From: an uncultured Gemmatimonadales bacterium
Lineage (GTDB): Bacteria > Gemmatimonadota > Gemmatimonadetes > Gemmatimonadales > GWC2-71-9
Length of the DNA stretch: 64,000 bases
NCBI GenBank assembly: GCA_963842945.1
Contig: CAWJIM010000004.1
Coordinates: 1-64,000, forward strand
Reading direction: 5' to 3'
Both the position numbers and the translations under genes were made by a program. Shown piece after piece: positions 47,233 through 57,269 of this stretch (position 1 is the stretch's first letter; the number at the start of each line of letters is the position of its first letter). The notes under the pieces were generated by a model. The model saw nothing but the letters and a program-made list of their open reading frames with translations, was not told the origin of the DNA and searched no databases.

Positions 47233-48963
47233 ATGTCAACACTGATGACGAGCCCTATCATCGCGGAGCCCGCCCCAACATCCCAGCCGCAGCTGGATGA
47301 GGTGGTCTCACGGCTCAAGCACGGTGCCCGCAAGTTCGTCGGGCTCTCGCTGGACCAGCGGGTGGAGCTCACCCGCGGCATGCAGACCGGCTATCTCCGC
47401 GTCGCCCAGGCCAGCGTCGAGGCGGCATGCATGGCCAAGGGAATTCGCCTGGGCAGCGCCCTGGAGGGCGAGGAATGGACCCTCGGGCCCTGGTTCGCGG
47501 TGCGGCACCTCCGGCTCCTGCGAGAGTCACTGCTCGGCATCAAGCAGACCGGCAACACCCGGGTGGGAAAGCTGGGGCGCACCGCGGATCAGCGTCTCAC
47601 GGTGCAGGTGTTCCCCGCGGGGTCAATCGACAGTCTTCTGTTTCAGGGAGTTCGGGTAGACGTGCATCTCCAGGCCGGCGTCACCGAGCAGGAGATGGAG
47701 AACTCCCGGGCCCACTTCTACAAGATGCCGGATCATGACGGACGGGTCGTCCTGGTGCTCAGCGGCGGCAACGTGAACGGCACCCCCACCATGGACGTGC
47801 TCACCAAGATGTTCAATGAGGGGAAGGCCTGCATCCTCAAGATGAACCCGGTCAACGCGTACTTGGGGCCATACCTCGAGCAGGCGTTCGCCGACGCCAT
47901 CGGGCAAGGCTACCTGGCGGTGGTGTACGGCGGTGCGCAGGAGGGCTCCTACCTGGCACGCCATCCCGATGTGGATGAGGTGCACCTGACTGGTTCCGAT
48001 ACGACATTCGAGCAGATCGTGTGGGGACCTCCCGGACCGGAGCGCGAGGCCCGAAAGGCGCAGGGGCAACCCTATCTACGCAAGACAGTGACCGCGGAGC
48101 TCGGCAATGTGTCGCCGGTGCTCATCGTGCCGGGGCGCTACACCGACAAAGAGTTGCAGTACCAGGCGGAGGACGTCGCCGCCGGGCTGACCTTCAATGC
48201 GGGATTTGACTGCAACGCCAACAAGGTCCTCATCCTGCCCAAAGGATGGGCTCAACGGGACGCATTCCTCAAGGCGCTCGAGCGGACCCTGTTCAAAGCA
48301 GCGCCCCGGAAGGCCTATTATCCCGGCGCGCACGATCGGTGGCGGCGCTATTCCAGCGGCCGCCGGTCGGTCACCCACTTTGGCCGGGCAAACGACCAGG
48401 TGCTGCCCTGGACCCTGGTACAGGATCTCGACCCCACCAGTCGAGAAGAGAGCGCATTCACCTCCGAGTCGTTCTGCCCGATTCTGTTCGAGACCCAGCT
48501 TGGGAGCGCAGATCCGGTGGAGTATCTCGACAAGGCGGTGAGCTTTGCCAACGAGCGTCTATGGGGAACCCTCTCAGCCGGACTGGTGGTACACCCCCGG
48601 ACGATGAAAGACCCGGTACTGGCGGGCTCGGTCGAGCGATCCATCGCGAATCTCCGGTACGGAACGGTCTGCGTGAACGCCTGGTCCGGATATCTCTTCG
48701 CCTTCGTGACCCCGCCCTGGGGAGCCCACCCCAGCTCCAGTCTGAACGACATCCAGAGCGGGATCGGCTGGGTTCATAACACGCCCATGCTCGAGGGCAT
48801 CGAAAAAGCGGTGCTGCGGCATCCCCTCACCGCGCTGCCCAAACCCGCCTACTTCCCGAGCCACCGGAGTGCTCACCGCCTGATGCCCCGGATGACCAAG
48901 CTGGAAGAGCGCGCGAGCTGGAAGAAGGTTCCTGGTGTGCTGGCGGCGGCGATGAGGGGGTGA
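47233..48963 (+). CDS. Aldehyde dehydrogenase family protein
   Basis: LKMNPVN, HLTGS, AELGNVSP (catalytic Glu), NAGFDCNA (catalytic Cys), ESFCP. Confidence 0.88.
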   Translation: MSTLMTSPIIAEPAPTSQPQLDEVVSRLKHGARKFVGLSLDQRVELTRGMQTGYLRVAQASVEAACMAKGIRLGSALEGEEWTLGPWFAVRHLRLLRESLLGIKQTGNTRVGKLGRTADQRLTVQVFPAGSIDSLLFQGVRVDVHLQAGVTEQEMENSRAHFYKMPDHDGRVVLVLSGGNVNGTPTMDVLTKMFNEGKACILKMNPVNAYLGPYLEQAFADAIGQGYLAVVYGGAQEGSYLARHPDVDEVHLTGSDTTFEQIVWGPPGPEREARKAQGQPYLRKTVTAELGNVSPVLIVPGRYTDKELQYQAEDVAAGLTFNAGFDCNANKVLILPKGWAQRDAFLKALERTLFKAAPRKAYYPGAHDRWRRYSSGRRSVTHFGRANDQVLPWTLVQDLDPTSREESAFTSESFCPILFETQLGSADPVEYLDKAVSFANERLWGTLSAGLVVHPRTMKDPVLAGSVERSIANLRYGTVCVNAWSGYLFAFVTPPWGAHPSSSLNDIQSGIGWVHNTPMLEGIEKAVLRHPLTALPKPAYFPSHRSAHRLMPRMTKLEERASWKKVPGVLAAAMRG

Positions 48964-49017
48964 GGGCAGCGGGGCAGCGGGGCAGCGGGGCAGCGGGGCA
49001 GCGGGGCAGCGGGGCAG
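48964..49017 (+). repeat. Tandem octamer array (GGGGCAGC), about 7 units
   Basis: GGGCAGC + 5x GGGGCAGC + GGGGCAG directly after the ALDH stop codon. Confidence 0.95.
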
Positions 49018-49027
49018 AAAATAGAGT

Positions 49028-49092
49028 GTCATCCTGAGCCTGCGAAGGATCTTGCCCGACCGCGGGAGATCCCTCGCGTGGCTCGGAATGAC
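49028..49092. repeat. CGTC/GTCAT-type REP-like palindrome
   Basis: GTCATCCTGAGCCTGCGAAGGATCTT...GAGATCCCTCGCGTGGCTCGGAATGAC, an imperfect long hairpin. Confidence 0.75.
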
Positions 49093-49102
49093 GATTGTTC
49101 TC

Positions 49103-49399
49103 TTAGGCGATGCCCTCTTGTCGCTTGGCCAGGAGGCGCTCGGTGAAGTCGAGGCGCTCCTCTAGCTCGCTGATCCGACTCTCGAGCGAATCGATGTAGT
49201 CCGGCCGATCCTCGGGACGCAGCCGAGAGCTGGGCAGGTCCCTCATCGCGTAACGATCCCCGGGATACCACCCGGTCCAGTTACCTCTCGACCCCACTGC
49301 CACGCAGCGCTCCGACCGCCTCCAGGCACGGTACACGAACCAGAGCACCAGGATCCAAAACAGCATTCCGAAGAAACCCATCTTGTCTCCCTGAGTCAT
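49103..49399 (-). CDS. Small single-TM protein with PspB-like C-terminal coiled coil
   Basis: N-terminal TM segment; LESRISELEERLDFTERLLA. Confidence 0.75.
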   Translation of the reverse strand: MTQGDKMGFFGMLFWILVLWFVYRAWRRSERCVAVGSRGNWTGWYPGDRYAMRDLPSSRLRPEDRPDYIDSLESRISELEERLDFTERLLAKRQEGIA

Positions 49400-49429
49400 C
49401 GCTGACTCACCAATTCGGTCTGAGAACTC

Positions 49430-50041
49430 TCAGCTTGCCTGTTCCGTCCCACCGCTTCCCTGTCCCGCTGCACTGCCGCCCCAGGCCTGCTCGATCTCGT
49501 CCGCGGCTTTACGCAATATCTCGGCGACGCGTTTCAAGGCGGGATCCTCTGGTCCTCGGCGCCATGCCCGCTTGAAGGTGACACCCGCGAGGTGCACGAA
49601 CGCGCCTTGCAGCTCGCCGATGCCGCCTCCGGTGAAGTCGCGCACCGTCTCCCGCACTCGGTCCAGTATTTCCTCCAGCAGGTCCCGGTGCTGCTCCAGG
49701 TAGCGCTCACCTTCGGGAGTGACGTGATAAACCTTCTTCCCGTCGGTATCGACCGCTCGGACGTAGCCCTCGTCTTCCAGAAGCTGGAGCGTGGGGTACA
49801 CCGTGCCGGCCGAAGGGGTGTAGTAGCCGCCCAACTTCTCCTCCAGCGCCTTGATGACCTCGTAGCCGTGTCGGGGCTTTTCCTTCAACAGCCGGAGGAT
49901 GACGAACTTGACCTCCCCCGACTCGAACATCTGGCTCCGCCGCCGGGGACCCCTCCCTCGGGCTTGCCAGGCGCCGGTCCACCAGCGGCCCCCGAACGGG
50001 AACCCAGGGCCGAACCCCCAATCATCGCGTGGGTTACACAT
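49430..50041 (-). CDS. PadR-family regulator (YqjI-like)
   Basis: KPRHGYEVIKALEE..GYYTPSAGTVYPTLQLLEDEG, KKVYHVTPEG. Confidence 0.92.
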   Translation of the reverse strand: MCNPRDDWGFGPGFPFGGRWWTGAWQARGRGPRRRSQMFESGEVKFVILRLLKEKPRHGYEVIKALEEKLGGYYTPSAGTVYPTLQLLEDEGYVRAVDTDGKKVYHVTPEGERYLEQHRDLLEEILDRVRETVRDFTGGGIGELQGAFVHLAGVTFKRAWRRGPEDPALKRVAEILRKAADEIEQAWGGSAAGQGSGGTEQAS

Positions 50042-50083
50042 GCTCTAGCCTCCAATTTGACCAAGATACTGCTTGCGTACTGT

Positions 50084-50101
50084 CTTACGATATATCGTAA
50101 G
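50084..50101. promoter_or_regulatory. Candidate PadR operator
   Basis: Perfect 18-bp palindrome CTTACGATATATCGTAAG, about 42 nt upstream of the padR start. Confidence 0.75.
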
Positions 50102-50136
50102 TAATAGCGTGCGGTTCGTCAATAGCCCGCCACAGC

Positions 50137-50805
50137 TTACCGATTTTGCTTGGGACGGCGCCGCCCCCTACGGGTCTGGTCAGCGGGACGTAGGCACTCC
50201 AGAAGACCACTGAGGAACTCGAGATTGGAGCGCAGCATCGCCGGACTCTGGGCACTCTTGGCCAAGCCGAACGACCCCTCGATCGCTGCCACCAGGAAAG
50301 TCGCCGCCTTTCGGGGATCCAGATCTTTCCGCACCGAGCCCTCGGTTTGGCCTCGCTGCAGCACCTCGGCAAAGCCGTCGGTCCAGGTCTCGAACGTCGC
50401 CGCCACCCTGCGGCGAAACCGCTCGTCCAGCGGAGACATCTCCTGACCCAGATTGTTGAGCGGACAGCCGAGCTCGATCTCATGGGGCTGAAGCTGGGCC
50501 ACTCGGTGCTGCAACATTCCCTGCAAGGCGGTGAGCGGATCGCCCGGCTCCGCCTCGAGCACGCCAAGCCAGCGCTGGAGCAGGAGGTCACTCACCACCT
50601 CATCCACCACGGCGTAGCCGAGCGCAGCCTTGTCGGGAAAGTGGTGGTACAGGGCGCCCTTGGTCACGCCCGCCTGGTCCAGGATGGTGTCCAGGCTCGC
50701 GCCCTGGAATCCTCGGCGATAGATCTCCTTGAAACCGGCCTGAAGCAGCCGTTCCCGAGTGACATCCGGTTGGCGCTTGCGCCGGGGCGCGGATCGCTTG
50801 GCCAT
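50137..50805 (-). CDS. TetR-family regulator
   Basis: TRERLLQAG...GFQGASLDTILDQAGVTKGALYHHFPDK, GCPLNNL. Confidence 0.93.
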   Translation of the reverse strand: MAKRSAPRRKRQPDVTRERLLQAGFKEIYRRGFQGASLDTILDQAGVTKGALYHHFPDKAALGYAVVDEVVSDLLLQRWLGVLEAEPGDPLTALQGMLQHRVAQLQPHEIELGCPLNNLGQEMSPLDERFRRRVAATFETWTDGFAEVLQRGQTEGSVRKDLDPRKAATFLVAAIEGSFGLAKSAQSPAMLRSNLEFLSGLLECLRPADQTRRGRRRPKQNR

Positions 50806-50825
50806 GTTGCTCCAGGAAGGATTTT

Positions 50826-50918
50826 CGTACCAAATGGTATGTAACGATTCTGCTTTCCCTCTGTCAACCAGCTTGACGGCCCGGGGATCGGCAGCGTATT
50901 ACATACCGGTTGGTATGT
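50826..50918. promoter_or_regulatory. Two candidate TetR operators in the divergent intergenic region
   Basis: CGTACC-aaat-GGTATG (50826-50841) and ACATACC-ggtt-GGTATGT (50901-50918). Confidence 0.72.
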
Positions 50919-50973
50919 TGGTGCATAAGGAAGCCACATGTTTTCGCCGGAACTCATCTGAGGAGGATGCATC

Positions 50974-51417
50974 ATGGAACACACGATCGTGCATTTCGAG
51001 ATCCCGGCCGATCAGCCGGAGCGCGCGGCCAACTTTTATCGAGAGTTGTTCGGTTGGGACATCAAGCAGTTCGAGGGGTCGGTCGCCGGAGGAATGGAGT
51101 ACTGGATGGTGCGGACTGTCCCAACCGATGGGCAGGGCCGGCCCACCGTGCCGGGCGTCAATGGCGGGTTGATGCGCCGGATGTATCCCAATCAGCCCCT
51201 GGTGCACTACATCAACGTCGAGAGCGTGGACGAGTCGGTCAGCCAGGCGGAGCGGCTGGGTGCCAAGGTCCTGATGGGGAAGACGCCGGTGCCGGGAATG
51301 GGCTGGTTTGCGCAGTTGACGGATACCGAAGGGAACCTGTTCGCCGTCTGGGAAACCGACGCGAGCTCGGCGATGTCGGGGGCAGCCGCGGGGGAGGCCA
51401 GCAATGCTGGGCGGTAA
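50974..51417 (+). CDS. VOC/glyoxalase family protein
   Basis: IVHFEIPADQPERAANFYRELFGW, GVNGGL, DTEGNLFAVWE. Confidence 0.9.
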   Translation: MEHTIVHFEIPADQPERAANFYRELFGWDIKQFEGSVAGGMEYWMVRTVPTDGQGRPTVPGVNGGLMRRMYPNQPLVHYINVESVDESVSQAERLGAKVLMGKTPVPGMGWFAQLTDTEGNLFAVWETDASSAMSGAAAGEASNAGR

Positions 51418-51781
51418 GGAAGCGATGGCGACGGTCGCCGTACGCGACTTGCAGGCCGCGAAGAAGTTCTACGAGGGCACGCTGGGGCTACGGCAGACCG
51501 ATGCGCAAGAACAGGAGGCGGTCACTTACCAGGCCGGGGCCGCCAAGCTCCTGGTGTACCGCTCCCAGTTCGCCGGAAGCAACAAGGCAACCGCGGTCAC
51601 CTGGCTGCTGGGCAGCGAGGTGGAGAAAGTGGTAAAGGGACTCCGAAGCAAGGGGGTTACCTTCGAGCATTATCAGCTGCCGGGCCTCACCCTCAAGGGC
51701 GACATTCACGAGGGTCAAGGCATGCAGGCGGCCTGGTTCAAGGACCCCGACGGCAACATTCACGCGCTGGTCAGCGGCTGA
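51404..51781 (+). CDS. VOC/glyoxalase family protein
   Basis: VAVRDLQAAKKFYEGTLGL, KGVTFEHY, AWFKDPDGNI. Confidence 0.9.
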   Translation: MLGGKEAMATVAVRDLQAAKKFYEGTLGLRQTDAQEQEAVTYQAGAAKLLVYRSQFAGSNKATAVTWLLGSEVEKVVKGLRSKGVTFEHYQLPGLTLKGDIHEGQGMQAAWFKDPDGNIHALVSG

Positions 51782-51787
51782 GCCTCC

Positions 51788-52291
51788 ATGGTAACCGTCA
51801 ACGACATCCTGCAGGAGCTGGAACAAGAATCCCAGGCCACTCGTCGGGTGCTGGAGCGGTTGCCGGACAACAGGCTCCAATGGAAACCGCATCCAAAGTC
51901 CATGAGCCTGGGTCAACTGGCCATGCACGTGGCCAATCTGCCCGGGGCAATTGCGGAGGTTTCGACCGCCCCATCATTTGATGTGAACACTCCGGTTCCC
52001 CGGCCCGAGGCGGACAGCACCGCCCAGGTTCTCGAAACGTTCGAGGCCAGCATGGTCCGGGCTCGACAGATTCTCGCGGCCATGGACGATGCCGAGCTGT
52101 CTTCGCCCTGGCGAATGATGCAGGGAGATCGCGAGCTTTGGTCAATTCCGCGCGGGGCGTTTCTCCGTTCCGTAATGCTGAACCACTGGTACCATCACCG
52201 TGGCCAGCTCACGGTCTACCTCCGGCAGACCGGTGCGTCGCTGCCTGCGGTGTACGGGGATAGCGCCGATGAAAGGGTGATGCCAGGCTGA
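51788..52291 (+). CDS. DinB family protein
   Basis: WKPHPKSMSLGQLAMHV, NHWYHHRGQLTVYLR. Confidence 0.9.
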   Translation: MVTVNDILQELEQESQATRRVLERLPDNRLQWKPHPKSMSLGQLAMHVANLPGAIAEVSTAPSFDVNTPVPRPEADSTAQVLETFEASMVRARQILAAMDDAELSSPWRMMQGDRELWSIPRGAFLRSVMLNHWYHHRGQLTVYLRQTGASLPAVYGDSADERVMPG

Positions 52292-52319
52292 TGCGCGCCT
52301 GCGCGCCAGCCATGAAACC

Positions 52320-53801
52320 ATGACCTCGACCGATATTCCCACTCCTGCCGCGGCGAGCACCGTGCCCACGGCGGCGGAAGAAGCCGCCCCCCCGCCGCGC
52401 CGTCCCTACGACCGCTCGATTGTCGAAGGGCCGCTCGGTCCCGCCGTGTGGAAGATCGCGTGGCCCACGATGGTCACCAACGTCATCGGAGGTCTGCAGG
52501 GCATCGTCGACCACGTGCTGGTCGGGCATCTGGTGGGCTATCAGGGCAATGCGGCCATCGGCGTGAGCTGGCAGATCATGCTGGTGGTGATCGTCTTCAT
52601 CAGCTCGCTCTTTACCGGAATGAGCGTACTGGTGGCTCGGTTCACCGGGGCGGGAGACTCGGAGAAAGTCGACCGCGTGGTGTATCAGGCATTTCTTACC
52701 GCCATCTTCTTGTCGCTCGCGGTGCTGGCTCCCATTGGCTACTTCGCCTCGCCCTGGCTGCTCGATCTGGTGAACGCCGCGCCCGCGGTAAAGACCGAGG
52801 CGCTGCCGTTCCTCCGGGTCATGTTTCTGTTCAGCAGCGGCATGCTGGTCTTCTTCATGCTGGGTGGCGCTCTTCGCTCCGCCGGCGACGCGCGGACCCC
52901 GATGATCCTCGGCCTGGTGCTGACGATCTCGAATCTGGTCCTGAACGTGATCCTGATTCGCGGCCTCGGGCCGATCCCCGCCTTTGGCACTCTTGGATCT
53001 GCCATGGGCACGGTCATCGCCTCGGGTTTGCTGGCAGTCTACGCGCTATGGAAGCTGTGGACCGGCGGGTGGGTCGTGTCGTTTCCCCGGGCTCACGGGC
53101 TCGGGCCCGACTGGCCCATCATCCGCTCGCTGTTTCGCTTCGGATTGCCCGCGGGAATCCAGGGCATAGCCATGAACATCGGTGGAGTGGTGATGCTCGG
53201 CTTCATCGGATCTCTAGCCCAAAGCGCGGCGGCACAGGCGGCCTTCGCCATCTCCTACACCCAGCTGTTCTCCCTGATCACCTGGACGTCGGTGGGCCTC
53301 ATGGGTGCGGCTGCCGCGGTGGCCGGGCAGAATCTGGGTGCGGGCCACCCCGATCGCGCCGACCGCGCGGTCCACCTTGCCGCCCGCTATGGGGTGGCGG
53401 GGGCAGCCCTTGTCGGCATCTTCTTCCTCTTCTTTCCCCGCGAACTGCTGGCCATCTTCGGTATGAAGGAGCCCGCGGTGGTGGAGATCGGCATTCAGCT
53501 GCTCCGGATTCTCAGCCTCTCCGGGCTGCTTGTCGCCACGGCGCTGACCTATACCGGGGGGCTCCAGGGCACGGGAGACACCAAGAGTCCGCTCTACATC
53601 TCGATTGTGTCGCAGATTCTGGTGCCGCTGGGTATCTGCTTCTTCATCCGCCGCGCGGGCACGCTCGACCCGATTGATATCTGGATCGCGATTCTGGTCG
53701 GTCATGCCACCCGATGCGCGCTGAGCGTGGCGCGCTTCAATCAGGGAAAGTGGCGCACCATTGCGGTGGACCTCGATCAGGAAGGGAGAAGGGCGTCATG
53801 A
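52320..53801 (+). CDS. MATE family efflux transporter
   Basis: KIAWP, LRSAGDARTP, RFGLPAG, GQNLGAG, LQGTGDTKSP; many TM segments. Confidence 0.92.
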   Translation: MTSTDIPTPAAASTVPTAAEEAAPPPRRPYDRSIVEGPLGPAVWKIAWPTMVTNVIGGLQGIVDHVLVGHLVGYQGNAAIGVSWQIMLVVIVFISSLFTGMSVLVARFTGAGDSEKVDRVVYQAFLTAIFLSLAVLAPIGYFASPWLLDLVNAAPAVKTEALPFLRVMFLFSSGMLVFFMLGGALRSAGDARTPMILGLVLTISNLVLNVILIRGLGPIPAFGTLGSAMGTVIASGLLAVYALWKLWTGGWVVSFPRAHGLGPDWPIIRSLFRFGLPAGIQGIAMNIGGVVMLGFIGSLAQSAAAQAAFAISYTQLFSLITWTSVGLMGAAAAVAGQNLGAGHPDRADRAVHLAARYGVAGAALVGIFFLFFPRELLAIFGMKEPAVVEIGIQLLRILSLSGLLVATALTYTGGLQGTGDTKSPLYISIVSQILVPLGICFFIRRAGTLDPIDIWIAILVGHATRCALSVARFNQGKWRTIAVDLDQEGRRAS

Positions 53802-54253
53802 CTGCCAGTACCGGAACCGCGCCGACGATTGCCGAACCGTGGCGCTCCTGGACGCCGTACCTCCTCAGCGTCCTGCGGATCATCGCCGCATTTCTGTTCA
53901 TCCAGTTCGGCACCGCCAAGCTCTATGGGTTCCCGGAACCGATCATGCCCGGAGGTGGTACGGCTCCGTTCGGCAGCCTGGCCTGGTGGGCCAGCGTGTT
54001 CGAGACTTATGGTGGCTCCCTCCTCCTGGTCGGCTTCTACACCCGGCCGGTGGCCTTTATCCTGTCCGGCGAGATGGCGGTGGCGTACTTCAAGGGACAC
54101 GCTCCCCAGGGGTTCTGGCCGGTTCTCAATCAGGGAGCTCCGGCGGTCCTGTTCTGTTTCATATTCCTGTATCTCTCCGCGGCAGGCCCCGGCCCGTGGA
54201 GCGTCGATGCCCTCCGGAACCGAGCTCGGTTGAACCGCCGGTCCCCATCCTAG
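53798..54253 (+). CDS. DoxX family membrane protein
   Basis: LSVLRI, GTAKLYGFP, TRPVAFILSGEMAVAYF, GPGPWSVD. Confidence 0.9.
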   Translation: MTASTGTAPTIAEPWRSWTPYLLSVLRIIAAFLFIQFGTAKLYGFPEPIMPGGGTAPFGSLAWWASVFETYGGSLLLVGFYTRPVAFILSGEMAVAYFKGHAPQGFWPVLNQGAPAVLFCFIFLYLSAAGPGPWSVDALRNRARLNRRSPS

Positions 54254-54270
54254 AAGTCCGGCTATAGCCC

Positions 54271-55137
54271 ATGGTTTATCTGCTCGCGCTGGGCTCAGCG
54301 CTGTTCTATGGTGCGGCCGACTTCACGGGTGGATGGACCAGCCGGCGAGCCGGGGCCATACCGGTCGTGGTGATCTCGCAGTTCAGCGGGATGCTGCTGC
54401 TCGCGCTGCTTTTGCCTGTGCTTCCTTCCGCCTCTCCCTCGCGCGACGATCTGCTTTGGGGTGCCGCGGCCGGCCTGACTGGGGGCGTCGGGGTGGCCCT
54501 GCTCTATCGCGCGCTCGCCATCGGCACCATGGCCGTGGTGGCTCCGACCACGGCCGTCTGCGCCGTCGCCATTCCGGTGCTGGTTGCCGTTGTTTTGGGT
54601 GAGCGACCGGTGCCGCTGGCCATCGCCGGTATCGTGTTGGGGATCATCTCCATCATTCTGGTCAGCCAGCAACAGACCGGGCACGGTGCCGGGCAGCGAG
54701 ATGGCGCTCACCGAGGGCGGCTGCCACCGGGCGTAGCCACGGCGTTCGCCTCCGGCGTGGCGATCGGGTTCTTCTTTCTCTCCCTGGCGCAGACCCGAGC
54801 CGAAGCGGGAATGTGGCCGCTGCTGATGGCTCGTGTGGTGTCCGTCCTGCTCTTTGCGACGGTCGCGTTCGCCACCCGGGCATCATTTCGGATGAGCAAG
54901 GGCGTGGCGGCGCTGGTGTGCGTCGCGGGTGTCATCGACATGCTGGCCAACGCGCTGTACGTGCTGGCTTCACGACAGGGCCAGCTCAGCGTGGTGGTAA
55001 CCCTGTCCTCGCTCTATCCCGCCAGCACGGTGCTGTTGGCCCGGGTCATCCTCCGCGAGCGGCTCAGCACCTTGCAGGTAACGGGGGTGGTCTGTGCGCT
55101 GGCCGCGGTGCTGCTGATCGTGAGTGGAGGCCAGTGA
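54271..55137 (+). CDS. DMT/EamA family transporter
   Basis: YGAADFTGG, LYRALAIGTMAVVAP, LGERP, LSSLYPASTVLLA..ILRERL. Confidence 0.9.
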   Translation: MVYLLALGSALFYGAADFTGGWTSRRAGAIPVVVISQFSGMLLLALLLPVLPSASPSRDDLLWGAAAGLTGGVGVALLYRALAIGTMAVVAPTTAVCAVAIPVLVAVVLGERPVPLAIAGIVLGIISIILVSQQQTGHGAGQRDGAHRGRLPPGVATAFASGVAIGFFFLSLAQTRAEAGMWPLLMARVVSVLLFATVAFATRASFRMSKGVAALVCVAGVIDMLANALYVLASRQGQLSVVVTLSSLYPASTVLLARVILRERLSTLQVTGVVCALAAVLLIVSGGQ

Positions 55138-56637
55138 AGGCAGGGCGGCGCGAGTGGATTGGCCTGGCAGTCATCGCCCTGCCCTGCCTGCTCTACTCCA
55201 TGGACCTGACGGTCCTCAATCTGGCTGTCCCGGCGATTAGCGCCGACCTCCAGCCCAGCAGCACTCAACTGCTCTGGATTCTGGATATCTACGGCTTTCT
55301 GGTTGCCTCTTCTCTGATCACCATGGGCACCCTGGGAGACCGGATCGGGCGGCGGCGTCTCCTCCTGATCGGTGCCGCTGTCTTTGGTGTCACCTCGATT
55401 CTGGCGGCGTTCTCGACCAGCGCCGAGATGCTGATCGTGACTCGCGCGCTGCTCGGGCTGGCGGGAGCCACCCTGGCTCCGTCGACGTTGTCGCTGATCC
55501 GGAACATGTTCCTCGACCCAGGACAGCGGACCTTCGCAATCGGCGTCTGGGTGACCAGCTACGCGGTGGGCGGGGTACTGGGGCCCATACTCGGCGGAAT
55601 CGTCCTGCAGTACTTCTGGTGGGGATCGGCCTTTCTCATCGGCGTTCCGGTCATGGTGCTGCTTCTGATCGTGGGCCCGAGCCTCCTCCCGGAATTCAAG
55701 GACCCCGAGGCCCGGCGGCTCGACATCTCGAGCGCCGCTCTTTCCCTCGTGGCCGTGCTACTGGTGATCTACGGGCTCAAACGGTTCGCGGCCGATGGCC
55801 TCAGCTGGCTATCGGGCCTCAGCGCGGTGGCCGGCGTCCTGGTGGGTATGGTGTTCATCCGCCGTCAGCGCAGGTTGGATGATCCGTTCATGGATCTCCG
55901 CCTCTTCCGCTCTGCGGCGTTCAGCGCCTCACTGGCCGCGTACACCCTCGCGACCTTCATCTCGTTCGGGAGCTACATCTTCATCGCCCAGTACCTTCAA
56001 CTCGTACTGGGACTGTCTCCTCTCGACGCCGGTCTGTGGACGGTGCCGTTGATGGGCGCGTACATCGTTGGATCATTGCTGGTGCCCGCACTGTCACAGC
56101 GGTTCGATTCTGCCCGGGTGATGAGCGGAGGTCTGGTTCTGTCGGTCTTGGGGTTCCTCCTCATGGCTCGCCTGGGCCACAGTCCGAGCCTAACGCTGCT
56201 CCTGGTGGGCTCGATCGTGTACTCGCTGGGTCTGTCGCCAGTGGTGATTCTGGCTACCGATCTGATCGTGGGCAGTGCTCCGATCGAGCGGGCCGGATCG
56301 GCGTCCGCCTTATCGGAGACCAGCTCGGAGCTGGGTGGCGCGCTGGGCATCGCGGTGCTCGGCAGCATCGGGGGTATGGTCTATCGCCAGATGATGCTCA
56401 ACAATGTGCCGGCGGGTATACCTGCTCTCAGTGGCCCAGTCTGCCCGGGGCACGCTGGGAGCGGCTGTCGCCGAGGCCGCAGCGCTGCCCGGGGCGGCCG
56501 GCTCCGAGCTGGTGGTGGCGGCACGCGCGGCGTTCAGTCACTCCTTCGAGGTGGTCGCTCTGATCAGTGCCGCCATCGCGCTCGGTACCGCGATCATGAC
56601 CGGGGTGCTGCTTCGGCGCCATGACGTCTCCGCCTAG
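55134..56637 (+). CDS. MFS DHA2-type drug efflux transporter; indel near 56430
   Basis: SMDLTVLNLAVP, GTLGDRIGRRRLL, PSTLSLIRNMF, ERAGSASALSET..ELGGALG. Confidence 0.9.
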
Positions 56638-57220
56638 TCTTCTCCCGGGTGCCGCAGGTCTCCATCTGGCACCATCGCCTGAATCCGTTCCGGCTCCGGT
56701 CCACGTACATCCACCCGCAGTCTTCACTCCCGCAGACCCGAATGCGGGACGCCTCTTCGGAAGTAATCAGCGCGGCGGCTGACCAGAGCACCGGCCAGAG
56801 GACCGAGTCGAGTCTCCTCTCCTGATCTTCCCAGCCGAGCTGGAGGTGCCGGGGCGAGCCAGGCGGCGTCACCCTCAAGTGCCTGAGCGCGGGCGCCAGG
56901 ATCCGGTTGAAGTCCGCCACGGCTCCGGCAGACACCGACCCCTCGGCGAGCTCCAGGAACAATTGCCGGAGGACCTCACGGGCTCGAAGGGTGGCCCGGT
57001 AGACCGTGCCCGCTTCATTCGGGTTTCTGGCTGCTTTGCGCCGGAGCTTTGCCCCTGGTTCCGGCGAGAGTACGCCGGCACCTTCGGCCCACCGCGTCAG
57101 CCGCTCGTAGTCGTCAAGCCGCTCGTCCCTCAGGCCCTCACGGGTCCAATCCACGGTGTTCACCAGATCGACCGCGGGATCCCCTCCGACGTATTTGAAT
57201 GGCAGCACCTCTTCGGGCAC
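56594..57220 (-). CDS. ABATE/CGNR zinc-finger protein
   Basis: GGDPAVDLVNT, RVCGSEDCGWMYVDRSRNGFRRWCQMETCG. AAGGAGG RBS before the GTG. Confidence 0.88.
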   Translation of the reverse strand: MPEEVLPFKYVGGDPAVDLVNTVDWTREGLRDERLDDYERLTRWAEGAGVLSPEPGAKLRRKAARNPNEAGTVYRATLRAREVLRQLFLELAEGSVSAGAVADFNRILAPALRHLRVTPPGSPRHLQLGWEDQERRLDSVLWPVLWSAAALITSEEASRIRVCGSEDCGWMYVDRSRNGFRRWCQMETCGTREKTRRRRHGAEAAPRS

Positions 57221-57269
57221 CCGAGACTCCTCCTTCCGACGCTCTCCAGCCTGCACCAGTATTCGCCTC

